Position numbers and translations under genes: made by a program. A stretch of 64,000 bases of DNA from the human T2T-CHM13v2.0 reference genome, Homo sapiens: the NCBI RefSeq assembly GCF_009914755.1, contig NC_060925.1. One strand, given 5' to 3'. The notes beneath the pieces were generated by a model that worked only from the letters and a program-made list of their open reading frames with translations, had not been told where the DNA came from and did no database searches. Position 1 is the first letter of the stretch, and every line of letters starts with the position of its first letter. Positions 43,267 to 58,889 of this stretch are shown here, piece by piece.

Positions 43267-45443
43267 AATGTCTTACAGTTTTTAGTGTATGGATCTTTCA
43301 CTGCCTTGGTTAAATTTATTTGTAAGGGATTTTTTTGTTTGGTATGCTACTGTAAATGGGATTTTTTTTACATTTATTTTTCAGATAGTTTGTCGATTTC
43401 GTATAGAAATACAAGCAAATTTTGAATGTTAAGTTTGTACCCTGTAACTTTACTGAATTTGTTCTAACCGTTTTTTTTTTTTTTGGTGGAGTCATCAGAA
43501 TTTTCTATGTAATAAGATCATGCCATCTACAAACAATTTAACTTTTTCATTTCCAATTTGGATGCCTTATCTTGCCCAGTTGCTCCTGCTAGGACTTTCA
43601 GTACTATGTTGAATAGATGTGGTGAGAGTGGGCACCCTTGTTACTATTCACCTTTGAGAATGATGTTAGCTGTGGGCTTGTCATATATGGTCTTTCTTAT
43701 TTTTTGGGGTACATTCCTTCTATACCCAATTTATTGGGCATTTTTATCATGAAAGGATGTTGAATTTTGTCTTTTTCTGAATCTATTGAGAAGATCATAT
43801 GATTTTTATGTTTTATTAATGTGGTTTATCACATTTATTGATTTGTGTACGGTGAATCATCTTGCACCCCAGGGATGAATACCATTTGATCATGTGTATG
43901 ATCTTTTTACTCTGCTGTTGATTTCAGCTTGCTAGTGTTTTGTTGAGAACTTTTGCATCTGTGTTCATTTGGATTACTGGCCTATAGTTTTCTTGTGATG
44001 TCTTCGTCTGGCTTTGGTATCAGGGTAATGCTGGCCCCATGAAATGAGTTTGCAAGTATTTCCTCCTCCTCAATTTTTTTTGGAGGAATTTGTGAAGGAT
44101 TGGCATTAAATGTTTGGTGGAATTCAGTGGTGAAACCATCAGGTCCTGGGCTTTGCTTTGCTGGGAGACTTTTTATTGCTGATTCAGTCTTATTATTCTT
44201 TATTGGTCTGTTCAGATTTTCTGTTTCTTCATTATTTTATCTTGGTAGGTCATATGTTTCCAGGAATTTATTTATTATTCTAGGTTATCCATTTTGTTGC
44301 CATATAGTTGTTCATAATAGTCTCTTATGATCTGTTGTATTTCTGTGGTATCAGTTATAATGCCTCTTCTTTCATTTGTAATTTTATTTATTTGAGTCCT
44401 CTCTCTTTTTTTCTTGGCTATTCTAGTTAAAGTTTTGTTTATCTTTCCAAAAAACCAGGTTTTAGTTTTGTCCATCTTTTCTGTTGTTTTACTCTTCTCT
44501 ATTTCATTTATTTCTGCTCCAGTCTTTACTATTTTTTCCATATGCTAATTTGGGTCCAGTTTTTTTTCCCCTAGTTTGCTGAGATGTAAAGTTAAGTTGT
44601 TTGAGGTCTTTTTTTTCCCCATAATTTAGACATTTATCAATATAAACTTTCCCACTTAGAACTTCTTTTGCTTTATCCCATAAGTTTTGGTATGTTGTAT
44701 TTCCATTTTGTTTTGTCTTAGATGTATTTTAAATTTCCTTTTGACCCATTGATTGCTCAGGAATGTGTTCTTTAGTTTCTATATATCTGAATTTTCCATT
44801 TTTCCCTCTGTTTTTATTTCTAGTTTTATACCATTGTGGTCAGAAAAGATACATGATATGATTTTAATTTTCTTGAATTTAAGACTTTTTTTGTGTGTCT
44901 TAACATATTTATTCTAAAGAATGTTCTGTGTGTGTGTGACAAGAATGTGTATTTTGCTGCTGTTGGATAGGATGTTCTTTATATGTCTATTAGGTCCATT
45001 TTTTCTATAGTGTTGTTCAAATCTGTTGATTCCTTATGATTTTCTGCCTGCATGATCTATCTACTGTCAAGAGTGGCATAATAAAGTCCCCTTTATTATT
45101 ATATTGTCATTTATTTCTCCTTGCAGTTCTCTTAATACTTGTTTTATAATGAGGTACCCTGATGTTAGATGTATTACTATTTACAATAGTTAAATCTTCT
45201 TGATGAATTGACCCCTCTGTCATTATATAATGATCTTCTTTGTCTCTTCTGACAGTTTTTGACTTAAAGTCTACTTTGTCTGATATAAATATAGCCACTC
45301 TGTTCTCTTTTGGTTAACATTTGCATGGAATATCTTTTTCCATCCCTTCATTTTCAGCCTGTGTGTTCTCAAAGCTAAAGTGAGTCTCTTGTAGGTAGCA
45401 TATTCTTGGATCTTAATTTTATATCCATTCAGTCACTCTATAT

Positions 45444-45742
45444 CTTTGTTTTTATTTTGAGAAGGAGTCTTACTTTGTTGCCCAGATTGGAGTACACTGG
45501 TGACTTGATCTTGGCTCATTGCAACCACCACCTCCTGGGTTCAAGTGATTCTCCAACCTCAGCCCCCCGAGTAGCTGGGATTACAGGTGTGCACCACCAC
45601 ACTTAGCTGATTTTTGCTTTTTTATTACAGACAGGGTTTCACTGTGTTGGCCAGACTGGTCTTGAACTCCTGACCTCAAGTAATCTGCCCGCCTCAGCCT
45701 CCCAAAGTGCTGAGATTACAGGTGTGAGCCATAGCACCCAGC
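45444..45742 (-). mobile_element. AluS
   Basis: TSD actctatatcttt. Confidence 0.92.
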
Positions 45743-46994
45743 CTACTCTATATCTTTTGATTGAATAATCCTTTTACATTTAATTATTGGTAGGTAAGGA
45801 CTTATTATTGTCATTTTATTAATTTTTAAAATGGTTTGTAGTCCTTTGTTCCTTTCTTTCTCTTTTGCTGTCTTTCTTTATAATTTGGTGACTTTTTGTG
45901 ATGGCAGGCTTTTATTTCTTTCTATTAATCTTTTGTGTATCTACTGCAGGATTTTGCTTTGTAATTACCATGAGGCTTACATAAAATATAATTATTACAT
46001 GTTATTTTAAGCCAGTAACAACTCAACTGTGTTTGCATACAAAAATTCTACACTTTTACTCCCCCATCTCTCATATTTTAGGTTATTGATGTTACAGCTT
46101 TTAATATTGTGTGCCCATTAAAATTATTTTAGCTATAATTATTTTTAATATGTTTGTTTTTAACTTTTATACTAGAGTTGAAAGTGATATACATACCACC
46201 ACAAGAATGTTAGAGAATTCTGATTTTGACTATCTATTTGCTTTTACCAGTGAGTTTTATACATTTATATGTTTTTACATTGTTAATTAGTATCCTTTCA
46301 TTTCAACTTGAAGAACTTTGGCATTTCTTATAAGGCAGATCTTTGTGATGATGAACTCCTTTAGTTTTTGTTTGTTGGGGAAAGTCTTTCTCTCTTTCAT
46401 TTCTGCTGTACAGCTTTGCCAGGTATAGTATTCTTGGTTGAGGATTTCTTTTCTCTTTCAATATATTGAATATATTATTCCACTGTTTCCTCTCCTGCAA
46501 GGTATCTGCTGAGGAATCCACTTACAGTCTTACAAGGGCTCTTTTGTATGTGACAAGGTGCTTTTCTCCTGCCATTTTCATAATTCTCTCTTTGTCTTTG
46601 ACTTTTGACAATTTAATTATACTATGTCCTGGTGTAGACTTTTCAGCCTGTTTGGAAATCTATGGGTCTCATAACTTTGACTGTCCTCTTCTTTTCCTAA
46701 ATTTGGGATCTTTTCAGCCATTATTTCTTTATATAGATTTTTCAGTCTCTTTATCTGTCTCTTTTCCTTCGGATACTTCTGGAATGCTTATGTTGTTTTG
46801 CTCGATGGTGTTCCAGGTATCCTGTAGACTTTCTTCACTCTTTGTTTGTTTGTTTTTGCTTCTCTAACTGGATAATTTTAAGTGACTCATCTTTGAGTTC
46901 ACTGATTTTTTATTCTTCTGCTTGGCCAAGTCTGCTGTTGAAGCATGCTATTAAATTTTTAAATTCAGTCATTGTATTCTTCAGCTTTATGATT

Positions 46995-47292
46995 TTTTGT
47001 AAAGAGGGTGCAGGGTCTCACTGTGTCACCCAGCCTGGAATGCAGTGGCACAATCATAGTTCACTGTAACTTCGAACTCCAGGGCTCAAGTGATGATCCC
47101 ACCTTAGCCTCCCAAATAGCTAGAAAAACAGGCATGGGCCACCACACCCACCTAATTTTTTAAAAATAACTTTTGTAGAGACAGGGTCTTGCTGTTTTGC
47201 TTAGGCTTGTCTTGAATTCCTGGTCTCAAGAGATCTTCTCGCCTGGCCTCCCAAAGTGGTAGGATTATAGGCATAAGCCACTGTGCCTAGCT
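46995..47292 (-). mobile_element. AluJ
   Basis: J-type dimer. Confidence 0.88.
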
Positions 47293-48699
47293 GGATTTTA
47301 AAAATGGTTTTTATTACTTTGTTGAACTTATTTTGTTAATGTATTGTTTTTCTGATTAGTTGTCTGTGTTTTCTTGTAGTTCACTGATTTTTAAGAGTAT
47401 TATTCTAAATTCTTTGTTAGTTACATATCTTCATTTGTTTAGGGTCAGTTATTACAGCTTTATTAGTTTCCATTAGTGGTATCATGTTTCCCTGATTCTT
47501 TGTGATCCTCATATCATTGTATTAGTGTCTGCACAATTTAGGAAGTGATCACCTCTTCTAGCCTTTACATGTTCACTTTGGCAAGGAAAGATCTTTACTA
47601 GTCTGCCAAGCCTGGGCTTCTGGTTGGGCCAGCTGGTAGCATATGCAGGTAAGTGAGGCTGGGGTCTCTGATCTGGTGGGGCTGCTGCCATTGCTCTAAG
47701 GTTGGGTGGAGCTCTCTTGTTGGGCAGGCCCCCTGACTGGTATCTGAGGTCAAGTGGGACTGTTGGTTGGGCTTTGTAATTGCCTCTGGTTGGGTGAGGC
47801 TGCAGGCTGTGCCCCAAAGTTAGGCGGGGTTGCTGGCTGGGCTCTACAGCTGGATGGCATTACAGTCAGGTAGGGATACTGATTGGACTCCCTAATTGGT
47901 TGGGGCTGGAAGCTGTGCCCCACTGTTTGATGTAGTCATTGGCTAGGCTCCCTGGTTGGGTGGGATTGCAGGTTATACTCTGGGCTGCTGGCTTGGTTCC
48001 CTGCCTGGGCATGGTTGCCATCTGTGCTTTGCAGCTGGGCTGGATTGCTGACTGGGAAACCTAGACACCCAGTACTGCCAACCATACTCCCTGGCCAGAC
48101 TGGGTGCCAGGATTGCTTTGCAGGTGGGAGGAGCTGCTGCCTGGGCTCCTTGTCAGGTGAAGCTGTCAGCAGGGATGTGTGGTGCCATTGCCAAGATACA
48201 TGTGCTTGTTGCATGTGGTCTAGTCCTGACAATTCTCAATATTCTGTAGGAGAAGAGATATAATTTGGCCTTTTGGGAAGCATGCTGGAATATTGGGAAA
48301 GCTAGATGTTCACCTTGTGCTGCTGGTGAAACCATAGACTCAGCAAATCTCTCTTGGCATGAGGCTGTTTTGGCCTGGGGTAGTGGCAACATCATCAAAT
48401 TGAAATTGCTCCACTTATACTTCCAATACAACTTTTCTAAGTTTTGTGCTTCTGGAATTTTTGCAAAGATGTTCTTGTATGTAGATAGTTGCTAGTTGGT
48501 ATTTCTGTGATGGGGACTAGAGCTTGGGACCTCCTATTCTGCCATCTTGCTGATGTCATTCCTCAGAACACACATGTTTTTGATATTACTATAAATTGTA
48601 TTCTTTAAATTTTAATTTTTTATTGTTTATTTTTAGAATACATAAAGACTTGATTTTTGTATATTAGCCATATTTCCCGCAACTTTGCTAAATTAACTT

Positions 48700-49009
<310 letters not shown>

Positions 49010-49968
49010 TCTTTTAGATTCTTAATGCTTTCTCTATATATTATCATGTTGTCTGCCAATAAAGGTAGTTTTCTATCTGAATGCCTATAAATTCTTTTTC
49101 TTCTCTTGCTTAGTTTTTTTCTTCCCCCTGTGAACAGTGTTGAAACTCTATCAAATATTTTTCTGCATCTTTGTGGTTTTTCCCCCTTTTTTTCTTATCA
49201 ATATATTGAATTACATTGATTTTTTTTAAACATTAAGCCAACCTTGCATTCCTTAGGAAAAGTCACCCTTGGTGATGATGGTATTCTTTTTATATATCAC
49301 TTTATTGACCCAGTAATACATTTTAAAAATAATTTTTATGTCTATTTTTATGAGACATTGGTTTATAGTTTTCTTATAATGTCTTTGTTGGATTTTAGTG
49401 TTCATGTAGTATGGTACCTCAAAAAATGAGTTGGAAATTGTTTCTTCCTATATTTGCTGGGAGAATTTTTATAAGATTTGTATTATTTCTTCCTTAATTG
49501 TTGGATAGAGTTCACCAGTGAAACCATCTGGGCCTATAGTTTACTTTATGGGAAGCCTTTTAAATCACGAATTTAATTTCTTTAGTAAATATTGGATTTA
49601 TTCCACTTATTATTTTTTAAATTTCTTGAAATGTTGGTGATTTGTCTTTCAAGGAATGTTTCAATTTTATTTGGTCTATTGCACAAAATATTGACCTATT
49701 TTTTTTAAACATCTATAGGGTTTGTAGGATCTTCCTTTATTCCTGACATTGGTTAATTTATTTGTTTTCTCCCTTTGTTTTAATCAGTCTAGGTAGAAGT
49801 CTGTAACTTATTGACATTTTCCCTCCAAAGAGCCAGATTTCGGGTGGTTTGATTTTCTTATTTTTTTTTCTGTTTTCTCTTCAGTTTATTCCCTTTGTTG
49901 TTTCATTATTTTTCCTGCTTTGGGTTTCACTTGTGTTTCTTTTTCTGGCTTCATGTGAAGATTAGATC

Positions 49969-49969
<1 letters not shown>

Positions 49970-50017
<48 letters not shown>

Positions 50018-50283
50018 GACAGGGTCTTGCTCTGTCACCCAGGCTGGAGTGCAGTGGCACGACCATAGTTCACTGTAGTGTTGAACTCCTGGGCTCAAGC
50101 GAGTCTCCCATCTCTGCCTCCTGAGTAGCTAGGACTACAGGTACATCCATCATGCTTGGCTTTTTATTTTTGTATGGATGGGGTGTTGCTATGTTGCTCA
50201 GGCTGGTCTCAAATTGCTCAAGCAGTTCTCCTGCCTTGGCCTCCCAAAGTGCTAGGATTACAGGTGTGGGCCATTGCACCTAC
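49970..50283 (-). mobile_element. AluJ with a (TTA)~16 microsatellite tail (49970-50017)
   Basis: Repeat read directly; J-type dimer. Confidence 0.9.
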
Positions 50284-52269
50284 CTAATCTTTTTTTTTTT
50301 TTTTTTTTTTTTTTTTACTGCTTTTTTCCTAATACTTTTGTATTTCTAAGGTTTAAACCTTCCCTCTAACCACTGCTTTAGCTGCATTCCATGAACCTTA
50401 ATATATTGTGTGTTCATTTTAATTATATTTGAAATATTTTCTAATTTCCCTTGTTATTTCTTTTGTGTCCTATGGGTCATTCAGAAGCATATTGTTTGAT
50501 TTTCCAATATTTTTAGATTTTCCTTTTTTTTGCTATTGACTTCTGATTTAGTTTCATTTTGGTCACAGAGTATACTCTATATGATTTGAATTCTTTTAAA
50601 CTGTTCAGACTTATTTTATGACTCAGCATATGGTCTACTGTGAATTTTTCAAGAGTACTTGTAAGGGATGTGTGCTCTGCAGTTGTTGAGTGGAGTATCC
50701 TATAAATGTCCATTATGTCAAGTTCTATAATAAGATTTTCCTGTGATCTTTACTCAGTAGATCAACAATTTCTATGACTATTACTGTAAGCAACAGTAGT
50801 AATAGCCACTACTAATTATTTTTTAATTAGTTTACTACATACCATACCCTCTTCTAAGCACTTTACATGGATTAATTTGTGTAATCTTCAGTAATCTCTA
50901 TTGAGGTGTAAGTGCCATTATTACCTCCATTCTCTGGATTTGTACTTAGGCACAGGTAGGTTATTAGGTGGTGGACCAGGAATTGAATCTAAGCAGTTTG
51001 ACCCTAAAACTTACACATAAAATGTTTATGGAAAGTGGAAAATTATGATAATCTAACACTAAAATTAGGATTTTTTTTTTTCCTGAAAACTTTTTTTCAT
51101 GAACAGTAGTTTTTTTTGGTTATATTCTTCTTCAATTTGGTTTTTCCTTACTTGCACCATCTTGATGCTGGTATCACTATTTAAATTAGTTATATGAAGA
51201 GTTTGTAAAGAAAATCTAAGGACTTGTAACATTGGAAACATTGACAGTGTACTTGCCCTTACTCCTTTAACAAAATAGGCTCTTGGCTGGTAAAATTCAG
51301 TGATTTATGATCCTGATCCATGAAGAGCACTCTGCTCATATGGGGTTATTTGAAAACTGTTTGCCAAAAAGATTTCTGCTCTAAAAGCCTTTCTAAATGA
51401 ATGAACATTTGGTATTTTCTTGTTACATGCTAACTCCACTGGCTTAAAGCTTTACTGGTTGTTAAAATGTCAACATCTCCAGGAAATAGGTCATAATAAC
51501 TTTTACTAGTTGTATTGTCCTTATTGGTAGTGACTTTAATAAGATTCTTTCCTTTAGTCTAGGTTTTATTAGGGGTCAAGGTAAAGAAATGAAGAGGGCA
51601 TTTCTACTTGAAGTGTCACTATATTGAGCAGGAAAGGCCAAAGTCCTGTATCACTTACAATTTCACTGAGATGCCGGTATTCATTTTAGAAATGATTTTC
51701 AATGTTTAGTTTAGTTTATTAAACACTTATTGAGTGCCTACAGTGTGGTAGGCATTATGCATTATGTGATAGGCATTATGCTATGTTGGGGATATTTGAA
51801 TGAGTATTATCTATTCTCTGTTCTAAAACAGTAAACAATATACTGGTAAAAATGTTACAATACTAGATGATAATGGAACAATAGAAGTATATACATAGTT
51901 CAGAAGCAGCACTCACTCATCACCCTTATCACCCTTATTGGAGTTCAGTTAGACATCCTAGGTTTGTATCCAGTTTACTCTGGTGTATGTTTCACAGCTG
52001 TATAACCTTAGGCAAGATATTAGTAGTCTCTGAAATGGGGATTATAATTATGCCACCCCAAAAGATTGTCATAGTGAATAAATACTAATTCATTTAAGAC
52101 CCTTAGAACAATGCTTGCTACCTGATAAACAACAAATATGAGTTATTATTGTTGTTAGTATTATTAATTGACTACCTGTTTGTCTTCTATCTAGTCTGTA
52201 TTCCTTTTGGGCAGAGTCCTTTGTGTAGTCAGCCTAACATAAATGAATTAATGAATCAATGAATTGAAG

Positions 52270-54240
<1,971 letters not shown>

Positions 54241-55186
54241 AGCGTTAGTTGATTTAACTCCCAGCCCTCTGTGCATCTGGAGACAAAAGAGATGCTGGGT
54301 ACAAATCCAAAGTATTAGGATAGATTTTACTTTATTTTATGTAATTTACTCTCTTCTTGTACTTTTCCTGAGTTTGGAAGCCAAACTCTTCTGCTAGTGA
54401 TACTACTGAATGAACATTCCATTAAAATATGGACTCAAGTGTAAAAACTGCTTGTCGCCAACATTTATAGGAATTGCGTAACAGATATTTTAGAAGTTAA
54501 TTTCTTCGGCAGATTTGGTGTAATTCAGAAATTATGCATCACTTGGTATTTTCTTTTTTTGTAATTTATTGAAGGTATTTGAAGACAGCTGAAAGAAAAA
54601 TGAGAATTTCGGAAAGTTCCCTTGCTTTCAGTTTTATGTGCTTAACATGTCAATTCAAAGTTTTTTTAATGAGTTTTTAAGGACCCCAATATAGAATTCA
54701 TATTGGAAATACTCATAACTTTATGTTGATACCAGCTGTTGCTACTCTGATAAATTGCTTAAGAAATGATTTAATGGGCTATTATTTCTTCTCCTGTTAC
54801 TGGAAATAAATGTCATGCATCTTTATCCATAAGGTGTTTAGTGACAGGATTCTTTGATAGGGAACTGATTATAATACAAATAAAAAACAAGTACCTTTTT
54901 AAGTATTTGTTTTGTTTTGGTTTGCTTTGTTTTACCTTGCATAATTTTTTGAATTATGGAATAATTCTGTATTCTGCTGGTGATGTTTAGGCAAAACAAT
55001 GATAAGACACCAGGCACATTTAGGTGCTACTACTTATTTCTGAGTATGTACTATATTGTATTGAAGTGAGTTGTAAGGGAGAAAACATTTCTTAGTGTCT
55101 TAGGTTTATGGCTAAGACTCCCTATAACAAAAGACAGAATAACAAGAGAAAAACATAGAAATTTATTTAAGTTTTACATGACATAG

Positions 55187-55506
55187 TGTTGCAGGTTTTC
55201 TTTAGTTCAGCTAAAGACGGGGTCCTTGTCTGTCCCACGCCACAGAAATTTCGGCTTGCAGATGGTTTGAAGGGTGAGTAAAGCAGGATTTTATTGGGTG
55301 AAAAGGAAGAAAAGGGGGAAGCAGGGACTCTCGCTAGGCCAGAGTGCTAGAGCGCCTCCCGCCGGCTCTTCAAATTCCAGGTTCCACACAGGAAGAGGAA
55401 GGGCCAGGTTCCTCCTGCTGCAAACAGGGCGAACTTCTCGAGTTCCACTCCAATGAGCATTATGGTTGGAGTTTTTCTGGGGCGGCCCTTGCACCTGGCT
55501 GTCTCA
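55187..55506 (-). mobile_element. ERV1 3' LTR (MER61-like)
   Basis: TG...CA termini; on the minus strand it starts tgagacagccaggtg and is preceded by the PPT agaggggaa. Confidence 0.8.
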
Positions 55507-58500
55507 TTCCCCTCTCTAAAGAAGTATATCTAACTGCTGTTAGATTAAGGATAAGGACTAAGACCGATCTTAACTGCTTCCTGCTGATAGGGGGTGCTGT
55601 TTTGGGGGAAATGGCAGAGCTCCCTCAGAGACCTATCTAAGGGTTTCCAGCAGAAGGGGCCATCGTCAGAGGCTCTGGTTGCATGATTGTTTGGAGTTTG
55701 ATGGCCTGAAGGCAAGAATAGACAAACCGGGTTATTAGAAGACATATATAAAAATGAAACAAGGGCACAGGTAAGGGCAGCTCAAAAATCCCAAGGCCGG
55801 AGGGCAAAAGCCTGACTGGCAAAAACACTTTACCCTTTTGCTGGCATGTTGGGTTTTTGGGTTCCCTTTCCCTGAGGCCAATCCTAAGCCAACCAGTGTA
55901 AGGGCTGGGAAATTAACTCTTTCCAGTTTGGAGGATGCATCCGAGGGACGTGTCCCATAGTACAGAGACACAGTCACCTATCAGTGAAGAGAGGACAGAG
56001 GAGAAAAAAGGAAAAAAGAGGGTGCCTTTTAAAGGACTCCTAGGGGTCCAGGGTGTATTTTAAAGGGGAACAGACTGAAGATAAATGGCTACCCATCTAG
56101 AAAGAGGGGAGCAGGCGTCCCTGGTTCCCTTCTCTTCCTAGCAGATACCCAGGGTACCTGAGGGAGAGAGGGAAGAGCGTCCTCTTTCCGTCTTCTGTCC
56201 TTGCATCCCCGAGTTCTGGTGACCTTGGCAGGTGCCACCATGAGTACCAAAGCTGCTTGCACTCATGAAGCAGGGGGACCTGAGAATTGGAATTATCTGC
56301 TCTCACCTATGTCTCTTTCTCACCTACTGTCAGTAGCCTTGGAGTTCCCTAGACCTGATTTATGCCATGGATACTGATGTGGCCTTTATCCAAATAGGAA
56401 GCTTGGGCTTGGCTTAATAGGAAGGAATCAGCCACACTCACCTGCGCTGTGCCTTTTAACTTCCCTTATTGTCTGCCTTTGGATCCTTCAGATCCAATTT
56501 TCTTTCCTATGGCTTTGACCCAAAATTTGGAATTGAGTCTGGGGCAGAAATGTGTCTTAAGGGGGTTGAATGGACTCCTTATCATAAGCCAAATGCTAAG
56601 GTGAAACTGTGGAACTGAGTCCTCCTCCAACAAGGGAGAGGAAAGGATGTCTTGTGACACACCCAGATAACTGGTGCTAAGATCTGGGTACATGGTGCCT
56701 GGCTTTGTTTACCTCCCTTGGTCTTACTTTCCCAAAAGGAAACCTCTGAGTGATGATCATCCTATTTATTCCCATCATCTGGCAGGATTTGCAGGATAAT
56801 TGCTCAGAACTAGAATATTGATCCAGACTTGTACATTACCCATCCCTTTTGTTCTTTCTGAGCTGCAGCCAGAAATTGCTGGTTAGTTCACAGGAACAAG
56901 CAGGGTTAGTCTAAAATGTAGGTGAAAACTTAAAAACAACGAATCAGTTTAGAATTTAATGGCAAATATAAGTTTTGAAACGTGATTTCTCTCTGTCTAG
57001 TCCTCATGTTAAAAAACAAATCGTCATAGGACTGAGTGGTTTGCAAAATAGACTTTAGTTTTATACTTGGCCTGATTATTTGCATAAAGTGCAGCAAGAA
57101 TAATTATTTCTACATAGGCCTTTTGGATTGGTTTTGATGGAAGTTTGTTCCATAAGGAATCTCAGATAAGACCTTTTAAGTCTGAGCCTAATCATGGGTT
57201 TGTATCCTCAAACACTTGTGAGTTGGGTGATTCTCTCCTCTTAGGGTCCCAAGATAAACTTGGAGCTCCTGGACCTGTTAGCAAGTGACATTCTTTACTG
57301 ACCACAGGTCAGGAACTCTGTACAGGGACTGTGTAGACAAGGGTAGGTGGCCAGTTTCTCACTGGGCTTTTATGGGCTCTGCAATTTGAGATTGACTCAG
57401 CCTCAGTAAAATAACCACTTTCTCCAATTGTGCTCTGTTGCAAAAGAAAAATGAATTCTTACTGCACTGATGCAAACAGCTATATTGCCATAAGAAGGCT
57501 CACAGATAGTTTTCAAATTCTGGCGGAACCAGGCAGAGAGAAACAAACATGCTCCAAATCTTGATCATAGGAATATACCTTACTCAATTATTAAAGGCCA
57601 TAAATAGTTCAAAATAAGTTTCCTTGACTCTGAAAAACAAAGCAAGGATCAGCAGTATTCCAAGTAAAAGTCAAAAAGGTTGCTTTGGCTTTCTGAGTTC
57701 AGTGCATTTAGTTAACTCTTGTTTTGCTTGATATTCATGAATATTTCAGCTCTTCATGAGTCCTGTACATTTTCCTTTATTAAAATGTTACAGTCTCCAA
57801 AGTTATCAGAAGTCTGTGTTTGAGAGCGACTGTTAAAGTTCTATAGCTTATTATAAACCATCTTTTGAAAAGGATTAAAATAAGACAACAATTGTCTGTG
57901 AGTAGCAAAATACCCAGGGTGGTTACAGTTAGAAACACAATTGACAAATAAGTGTGGTTATTTCTGTGGTTTATGATAACTTAACATTGATTATGGTTGA
58001 CAGCATATACTTAGACATTAGAATTTTAGAAATCCCGTATGATTTTTGAACATATATTATCATTATTCACAAAAATATAACCTAAAGAAGACAGAACATC
58101 ATTTTGGCAATCCCATATACCTAAACATGTCAAATAATCCTGTTTACCTCTCTTTTTCTGGACACTTCAGGGTCCCCTGAAGTATTTGAAAAGCCAGGTG
58201 CTGGCTGGGAGTGGTGGCTCATGCCTGTAATCCCAGCACTTTGGGAGGCCGAGGCTGGTGAATCTCCTGAGGTCGGGAGTTTGAGACCAGCCTGGCCAAC
58301 GTGGAGAAACTCCATCTCTACTAAAAATACAAAATTAGCAGGTTGTGGTGGCGCATGCCTGTAATCCCAGCTACTTGGGAGGCTGAGGCAGGAGAATCCC
58401 TTGAACTCGGTGGTGGGGTGGAGGTTGCAGTGAGCCGAGAATGTGCCATTGCACTCCACCCTGGGTAACAAGAGTGAAACTCCATCTCAAAAAAAAAAAA

Positions 58501-58589
58501 AAAAAAAGTGAGGTGCCAGGGAACACGGTTTTGAAACTGAAGTTTGATTTTGGGAAGGCTGTTAAATGTTCAAGGTTTAAAATACTTGA
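55507..58589 (-). mobile_element. ERV1 non-autonomous internal region (MER4-group-like), 5'-truncated
   Basis: Env cytoplasmic-tail-like LLITRFVYSCLQAIKLQTIMQPEP (ORF 55637..55828); gag-start-like MGSHLSSVCSPLK at about 56096; long AT-rich leader. Confidence 0.75.
58203..58507 (+). mobile_element. AluSp/Sq-like
   Basis: gaggtcgggagttt and aacaagagtgaaactcc. Confidence 0.92.
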
Positions 58590-58848
58590 AGCCAGGCCTG
58601 GTGGCTTATGCCTGTATTCCTAGCACTTTGGGAGGCCAAGGTGGGTGAAACCCCATCTCTACTAAAAATACAAAAATTAGCTAGGCATGGTGGTGGGTGC
58701 CTGTAATCATAGCTACTTGGGAGGCTGAGGCAGAGAATTGCTTCAACCTGGGAGGAAGAGGTTTCAGTGAGCCAAGGTGGCGCCACTGCACTCCAGCCTG
58801 GGTGACAGAGTGAGACTCTATCTCAAATGAATGAATGAATGAATGAAT
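58590..58848 (+). mobile_element. AluS with an internal left-arm deletion and a (GAAT)n tail
   Basis: ggccaaggtggg joined directly to tgaaacccc. Confidence 0.9.
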
Positions 58849-58889
58849 CAATGTCTGAGAACTGAATGACAAGAAGGAACTCACCATAG

